NCBI GenBank assembly: GCA_945877765.1
Contig: CAMDWQ010000007.1
Coordinates: 23,024 to 87,023, forward strand
Direction of reading: 5' to 3'
Length of the DNA stretch: 64,000 nt
Source: Candidatus Omnitrophota bacterium
GTDB lineage: Bacteria > Omnitrophota > Gorgyraeia > 2-02-FULL-51-18
Shown here: piece by piece, positions 58,738-64,000 of the stretch
How positions within the stretch are numbered: position 1 is the stretch's first letter
How the letters are laid out: every line of letters begins with the position of its first letter
Translations under genes and position numbers: made by a program
Notes under the pieces: generated by a model
Told to the model about the DNA's origin: nothing
What the model saw: the letters and a program-made list of their open reading frames with translations, nothing else
Database searches by the model: none

Positions 58738-58966
58738 GAACGTGTAACGGGTCCTGTCTCTGCGGGAGCCCATCGCGTCCTCGGCTTCGCCTGCGGGTCG
58801 ATGGGCGCCCACCCTCCGCGCCACCCGTGGCCGATGCTTGTGTCGAACCAACCCATTTCAAAATACTAACTCCAGCAACGGGTGACGCCGGAGGGGAGGC
58901 CTCCGCTGCGCGGAGTGAAAATTTACACGAGCACAGCGGAGTCCCGCAGGTGGCAGGACCCGTTAC
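58738..58966. ncRNA. GC-rich (~60%) highly structured ~230-nt element between convergent glnA and lpxB; candidate structured sRNA (6S-like?) or unique MITE
   Basis: Perfect 15-bp closing stem gtgtaacgggtcctg/caggacccgttacac extended by ctgcggga/tcccgcag; nested stems cccatcg/cgatggg, ctccgcgc/gcgcggag, cacccgt/acgggtg around an A-rich ~45-nt internal loop; ggaggcctcc hairpin. Strand not determinable. Confidence 0.3.
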
Positions 58967-58982
58967 ACCTCACACATTAGGT

Positions 58983-60110
58983 TTAAACCAAAAATTCGAG
59001 AATTTCTCTTGCTGCGTTTTCTGCGGCGCCGCCGTGGCCTAATTTGTCTGAAATTTCCGAGAGGTCCTTTTTCATTTTTTCCTGGAGGAGGGGCTGGGTG
59101 ATGATTTCGATCGCTTTAGCGGCAAATTTGTCGGCGGTGGCGTCGTATTGGAGAAGTTCGGGCATTGCCATGTGGCCCAAGACGAGATTGGGAAGACCCA
59201 GATAGGGAACGCGCAGCAAAGCCCGTGCGGCCAAGTACGTGATGATTCCGGCGCGGTTGGTGATGATCATTGGGGTGCCTAAAAGCGCGCATTCAAGTGT
59301 GGCGGTGCCGGAACAAACCAATGCCAAAAGACTGGCTTGAATAGTTTCTTGGGGGTCACTCTCGATGAGTTCCAGCGGCAATTTTCGTCCTTTTAGATAA
59401 GGCGCATAATAATCTACTGGAAGCGTCGGAGACTTAATCAGCTTAAAAGTAAGCTCCGGAAATTGGGTGTGAATTTTTTTGGCGGCGTCGAGCATGATGG
59501 GCAAAAGGACGCTCACTTCATTTTTTCGCGATCCCGGTAATAGGGAGATCTGGCGCTGGGGGACGCAGCTTTCATTTTTACGGATACTATCCTTGAGCGG
59601 ATGGCCTACAAACGCGACAGGTACCCCATACTCCTCATAAATCGATTTTTCAAATTCAAATACGACGAGCATTTTTCGCACGGTCTGGCGAATTTTGAAA
59701 ACCCTATTTTTTTTCCAGGCCCAAATCTGCGGTGAAATGTAGTAGATGACAGGGATCTGCCACTCATTAATCTTTTTGGCTAGGTACAAGTTGAAGCCGG
59801 GGTTGTCGATGAGGACCACTAGATCTGGTTTTCGTTTTTGAATGCTCGTCAGAATGATTTTGGCGGCGTTTTGGTACTGGGGGATCTTGCGGATGGCTTG
59901 CGTGATACCGGTGACGTGAAAATGGGCCAGGTCAAAAAAGTCGCCGACGCCAGCCGCCTTGATTTTGTCGCCGCCTGAGCCGTAAAAAACCAGAGGTTGT
60001 TTTGAAAAAAGCTTTAGCGCCTCAATGAGCCGAGCGCCGTGGCTATCGCCGGAAGCTTCACCGACAATGACGTAAATTTTTTTTTCAGGCACGGGACAGC
60101 TCCCCAACAA
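58983..60110 (-). CDS. lpxB: lipid-A-disaccharide synthase
   Basis: KIYVIVGEASGDSHGARLIEALK N-terminus, GT-B fold (GT19). Confidence 0.9.
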   Translation of the reverse strand: MLGSCPVPEKKIYVIVGEASGDSHGARLIEALKLFSKQPLVFYGSGGDKIKAAGVGDFFDLAHFHVTGITQAIRKIPQYQNAAKIILTSIQKRKPDLVVLIDNPGFNLYLAKKINEWQIPVIYYISPQIWAWKKNRVFKIRQTVRKMLVVFEFEKSIYEEYGVPVAFVGHPLKDSIRKNESCVPQRQISLLPGSRKNEVSVLLPIMLDAAKKIHTQFPELTFKLIKSPTLPVDYYAPYLKGRKLPLELIESDPQETIQASLLALVCSGTATLECALLGTPMIITNRAGIITYLAARALLRVPYLGLPNLVLGHMAMPELLQYDATADKFAAKAIEIITQPLLQEKMKKDLSEISDKLGHGGAAENAAREILEFLV

Positions 60111-60112
60111 AT

Positions 60113-61075
60113 TTAGAATTTGATATAGTTGGATTCTTTTTTAATTTGGTTAGTGATGCGAAGCGCTAAGGCTAGCGCGTCACGGCCTTCTTCACCGGAT
60201 ACCAGGGGCTTTTTTTTATGCCGGATGCAGTCGACAAAATCAGAGAGCTCTGCTTTGAGCGAGTCCTGGCGGGTGATGTCGATTTTTTGCTGGTGAAGCC
60301 TGCCATTTTTTTTGGTGTGAATAAACGCTTCTTGTTTGACATAGTCCATTGAAATATAAGCATTGTCTTGGAAGATTCTGATTTTACGGGTCACTTCGGC
60401 GCTCATGCGGCTGGCGGTGAGGTCACAGACGATGTTGCCTCCAAAATGAATCCGCGCATTGGCGATGTCTTCAGTCTCGGAGAGAATAAAAGCGCCGACG
60501 GATTCGACGCTCTTGATCGGTGCCTTGACCAGATCCAATACAATATCGATGTCGTGAATCATCAAGTCTAGTGTGACACCGGTACGCGCAACCCGTGGAT
60601 CGTAGGGCCCTACGCGCTGACACTCGATGAAGCGCGGGTTTTTGATCATATTTTTGATGGTCCGGATGGCGGAGTTGAAGCGTTCGATATGACCTACTTG
60701 AATGGTCAGGCGATTTTTTTTGGCCAGGGCCAGAAGTTTGTTGGCGTCGCTGAGTTTGGTGGTAATTGGTTTTTCGATTAAAAGATGGACGTCGTTTTCG
60801 AGGAAATTTTTGGAAAGCCGGTAGTGAATCTCAGAAGGAACCACAATGCTCGCGGCATCGATGAGCCCTAAAAGCTTGCGATAATCAGTGAATGCTTTGG
60901 TGTGACATAGATCCGCTACTTCTTGAGCGCGGTCTTCATGGGTGTCGCAGACCCCGACGAGTTGGACCCCCGCCATTTTGGAATACACTTCCGCATGGCG
61001 CGCGCCTAGCCGTCCCAGGCCAACAACAGCTACTTTGATCGGTCGATTGGTGCTCATAGCGGGGTATTGTAGCAT
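60113..61075 (-). CDS. Gfo/Idh/MocA-family NAD(P)-dependent oxidoreductase
   Basis: IKVAVVGLGRLGARHAEVY Rossmann N-terminus; frequently encoded beside lpxB. Confidence 0.75.
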   Translation of the reverse strand: MLQYPAMSTNRPIKVAVVGLGRLGARHAEVYSKMAGVQLVGVCDTHEDRAQEVADLCHTKAFTDYRKLLGLIDAASIVVPSEIHYRLSKNFLENDVHLLIEKPITTKLSDANKLLALAKKNRLTIQVGHIERFNSAIRTIKNMIKNPRFIECQRVGPYDPRVARTGVTLDLMIHDIDIVLDLVKAPIKSVESVGAFILSETEDIANARIHFGGNIVCDLTASRMSAEVTRKIRIFQDNAYISMDYVKQEAFIHTKKNGRLHQQKIDITRQDSLKAELSDFVDCIRHKKKPLVSGEEGRDALALALRITNQIKKESNYIKF

Positions 61076-61107
61076 GAACGTTAAGCCGTGGCGAGGGTGC
61101 CTCAGGA

Positions 61108-62976
61108 GTGACGAAGCAAATCGTATATGATATGATGCACGAGGAAAAATTGATGAAAAAAGACAATCATTACGGACGAATGATCTCCTACGTAAAGCCG
61201 CATCTCAACCGGCTTTATATGGCTTTTGGAGCGATGATTTTTAACTCGCTTCTTTCAGGGCTTCCTATTATTGGTCTTATCATTCCCTTCGTCGATACCA
61301 TTCTTGCCGGGAAGCCGGTGGTGATTCCTAGTAACAAATATATTCCCCCATTTGCTTTAGACATGATTCACCACATCAATTCGCTTCCAAGGTTGGACCT
61401 CTTAAACCTGATTATTATCTGGACGATAGGGTTGTCGTTTTTGCGTCTTTTTTTTGAATATTTGCAGTCCTATTTTATGAATGATGTCAGCCAAGGAGTG
61501 ATTCGCGATTTAAGAAATACGGTTTATGAAAAAATTATTGGGTTGCCTTTAAGTTTTTTTGGAAAATCGCAGACGGGGATGCTGGTGTCGAGGATTACCC
61601 ACGATACGACCGTGGTGCGCGACGCCATCTCAGAGGGGCTCACGGATTTTCTTTTTCAGCCAGTGCAGATACTCGTCAATATTTTTGTGCTCCTATCGGT
61701 CAAATACATGTTTAACATTCCCTGGTCGCTGGTGTTTGTGATTTTTGTGCTGTTGCCGCTGGTCATCTATCCGGTGATGCGTGTGGGACGGCGTCTTAAA
61801 AAAATCAGCCGCTCAAGCCAAGAGCAGGTGGCGACGATCAACTCGACGTTGTTTGAATCCATCTCCGGCATCCGCATTGTGCAGGGATTTGGTATGGAAA
61901 ATTATGAAAAGGAACGGTTTCGCCGGCAAAACCAGGATCTTTACAAGACGCTCATGCTTTCGATTAGCCGCATGATTATTGTGAGCCCGCTTACGGAATT
62001 TATCGGGTTTATTTGCCTGGGAGTCGTCCTGTGGATCGGGGGAAAGCTCGTGGTCGATACGCACATGTCTCCGGGTGCTTTCATTGCATTTTTGGTGGCG
62101 CTGTTTTCTCTGCTAAGGCCGTTTAAACGGCTCTCTCGAGTGCACGGGATCAATCAGCATGCGCTCGCCGCCGCGGAAAGAATTTTTGAGATATTAGATA
62201 CACCGAATGAAATCGTTGAAAAGGAAGGCGCTAAAAATCTTGCACCGATTAAAAAAGAAATTGAGTTTCAAAATATTTCGTTTAGTTACGGCGAGAAGAC
62301 TATTTTTTCTAAAGTGAATTTTCGTGCCAAGAACGGTGAAATTATCGCGATTGTCGGACCCAGCGGCGCGGGGAAGACTAGTCTGGTGAATCTTATGCCC
62401 CGATTCTACGATCCTACCGCAGGTAAAATTCTCATCGATGGCGTGGATTTACGAGAGGTGACGATCAAGTCGCTTAGGGCGCAAATCGGAATCGTGACCC
62501 AGGAAACGACCTTGTTCAATGACACGGTCAGTGCCAATATCGCTTATGGCCGGTCTAAAACTGCCCAAGGGGATATTGAAGCCGCCGCGCGCATTGCCAA
62601 CGCGCATGATTTTATTATGAAATTGCCGCTACAGTACCAGACGATGGTCGGGGACCGCGGGGTAAGGCTTTCGGGCGGCGAGAGGCAGCGGATATCGATT
62701 GCCCGCGCTGTCATGAAGAACCCGCCGCTTTTAATTTTAGATGAAGCGACCTCCGCGCTGGATTCGGAGTCGGAGCTTCTGGTGCAGGAAGCCATTCATA
62801 ACCTGATGAAGGGTAGGACGGTGCTCGTCATTGCCCACCGGTTTTCAACCATCAAGGACGCCAGCCGAATTCTTGTCGTGAATGAAGGATCTATCGCCGA
62901 AATGGGCACCCATGAGGAGCTCATGAAGCAAAACGGCGTCTACCGACGCCTTTATGAGCTGCAGTTTAAGGTCTAA
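61108..62976 (+). CDS. msbA: ABC transporter permease/ATP-binding protein, MsbA-like lipid A exporter
   Basis: 6-TM exporter domain + NBD with Walker A GPSGAGKTS, LSGGERQRISIARA signature, ILDEATSALD Walker B. The start may be the internal Met at ~61153. Confidence 0.8.
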   Translation: MTKQIVYDMMHEEKLMKKDNHYGRMISYVKPHLNRLYMAFGAMIFNSLLSGLPIIGLIIPFVDTILAGKPVVIPSNKYIPPFALDMIHHINSLPRLDLLNLIIIWTIGLSFLRLFFEYLQSYFMNDVSQGVIRDLRNTVYEKIIGLPLSFFGKSQTGMLVSRITHDTTVVRDAISEGLTDFLFQPVQILVNIFVLLSVKYMFNIPWSLVFVIFVLLPLVIYPVMRVGRRLKKISRSSQEQVATINSTLFESISGIRIVQGFGMENYEKERFRRQNQDLYKTLMLSISRMIIVSPLTEFIGFICLGVVLWIGGKLVVDTHMSPGAFIAFLVALFSLLRPFKRLSRVHGINQHALAAAERIFEILDTPNEIVEKEGAKNLAPIKKEIEFQNISFSYGEKTIFSKVNFRAKNGEIIAIVGPSGAGKTSLVNLMPRFYDPTAGKILIDGVDLREVTIKSLRAQIGIVTQETTLFNDTVSANIAYGRSKTAQGDIEAAARIANAHDFIMKLPLQYQTMVGDRGVRLSGGERQRISIARAVMKNPPLLILDEATSALDSESELLVQEAIHNLMKGRTVLVIAHRFSTIKDASRILVVNEGSIAEMGTHEELMKQNGVYRRLYELQFKV

Positions 62977-62984
62977 AAAATCTG

Positions 62985-64000
62985 CCGGCGAGACTGTTAC
63001 CGATTTTTCAAAAGTGCACTCTTTCCAAATCAAAAGTGCACTACCTTAAGATCACTGTTTTTAGCTCTCTGAAAATCCAAAAGTTTATTTTTATTCCAAA
63101 ATCTGACTTCGGACATTTGATGGCTTAAAGGATAAATTCGGATGTCCATCGCCTGCCGTGGCAGAGTGTTTTTGACTTGGAACTTAGCATCATTAATCGA
63201 CACCCGGCAATAAGGATCAGTCAGTCGCCCCATCCGAAGACAAAAGATGTCTTTGATCGATTCATATGGTGCCTGGAGTTTAAATTCACGGAATAAGGAT
63301 CGTTTTTCTTTCAACGCTCTTTGAAAACGAAGATAAGGAATCTCGCCGGTTGTGGAATGCAGACGCTTATAGTTGTACTGGTATACTTCAAAGCTCAAGA
63401 TACGATTGGCTTGGGCGATGGTTCTGATATTCTCCCGAACGCAGGTGCGGACCAAGTGATCCTGCAACCATCGGTAAGGCCGCTCGATCTTGCCTTTGGC
63501 TTGGGGCGAGAGCGCATAGATGGGCTTGATTCCCAGGTCCAGGAGAACTTTCTTCCACTGGGTATCAACATCATCGGTCAATAAATGATGCCGGTAATGG
63601 ATCTCATCCCGACCCCGGACAAAGCGAAAGATTGAATGTGAGTCCACATAAAACGAGAAGGGAAGCCCATACTTTAAAACAAGCGTTTGTAGAGCGAGAA
63701 TGTGGGTCCAGACAGTTTCTTTGGGCACCAGTGCCGCATAAAAGAGGAAGCGGCTAAAGTCATCAAGAGACGTGATGAGGTACCATTTTTCTTTGGAGTC
63801 CGGCGCCCACAAGTGATGCGAGGAGTCATGCTGAATCAGTTCTCCGGTGTAATTTGTCAGAACTTCTCTGTCGTGAATTTTTTTCTTTTTGTTTTTAAAA
63901 TAAAACCCGTGTTCTTTGGCGCGATTGATAATGGTGGATACAGACACTTCCTCACCATGTTTTTCAAAAAGCCTTTGTTTGACATAACTGTAGTTGTAGC
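62985..64000 (-). mobile_element. partial insertion sequence: DDE (rve-superfamily) transposase gene truncated by the window edge, plus terminal repeat region
   Basis: ORF 63030..63947 (-) has integrase-core residues HDSSHH (D), YVDSHSIF (D), AKGKIERPYRWLQ (E) (IS481/ISNCY-like). The frame stays open to the window end, so the N-terminal HTH is outside. The end region 62990-63030 holds the direct repeat caaaagtgcact x2. Confidence 0.65.

Noticed and set aside
58738-58966. tmRNA, RNase P RNA or SRP RNA assignment for the GC-rich structured element
   Set aside because: It lacks the tRNA-like 3' end and tag ORF of tmRNA, the RNase P P4/CR-I/CR-V motifs, and the SRP domain IV GGAA...AGCAGCCA motif. 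Only a generic 6S-like or novel structured-RNA/MITE possibility remains.

Overview
This 64 kb window is a chromosomal segment from a diderm (outer-membrane-bearing) bacterium, roughly mid-40s % GC by eye. It is densely coding on the + strand and mostly housekeeping. Firmicute-like gene orders are conserved: ywlE-rpiB-glyA, glmU-prs-ctc-pth, rpsF-ssb-rpsR-rplI-dnaB. Core content: glmS, rsmI, ppc, aguB-aguA (agmatine to putrescine), an lpxL-type acyltransferase, a pur operon (purB-purS-purQ-purL-purF-purM-purD-purE), hisG, ftsH, ispE, clpX, glnA, and an outer-membrane/lipid-A cluster (bamA-skp-lpxD-lpxC-fabZ-lpxA-lpxI ... lpxB, a Gfo/Idh/MocA oxidoreductase, msbA). Accessory content is interspersed. 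(i) A 5.8 kb gene at 13133-18919 encodes a 1928-aa modular protein with a signal peptide, two TM segments, a complete eukaryote-type hexokinase domain (GFTFSFP) and seven recurring [G/A]ARLA motifs at apparent module junctions; vapBC and a small RHH gene follow it. This is the most unusual locus. (ii) A higBA toxin-antitoxin cassette with its own promoter sits between glyA and nrdR. (iii) An orphan phage YopX-like gene. (iv) tRNA-Gln(UUG) directly followed by a YhcG/DUF1016 PDDEXK nuclease, placed upstream of a clpX that has no clpP partner. (v) A partial DDE transposase/IS at the 3' edge. (vi) Three families of GC-rich palindromic MITE/REP-like repeats, more than 20 copies in total. They abut stop and start codons, donate SD sequences and C-terminal tails, and one copy is inserted in-frame inside purL. 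(vii) Candidate RNA or regulatory elements: an rpsF leader structure with an echoed bipartite motif, a PurBox-like palindrome between purM and purD, a GC-rich ~240-nt structured element after glnA, and an unannotated 31-aa bS22-like basic ORF. Coordinates derived from ORF-track frames are exact; coordinates read by eye from the sequence are about ±2 nt.
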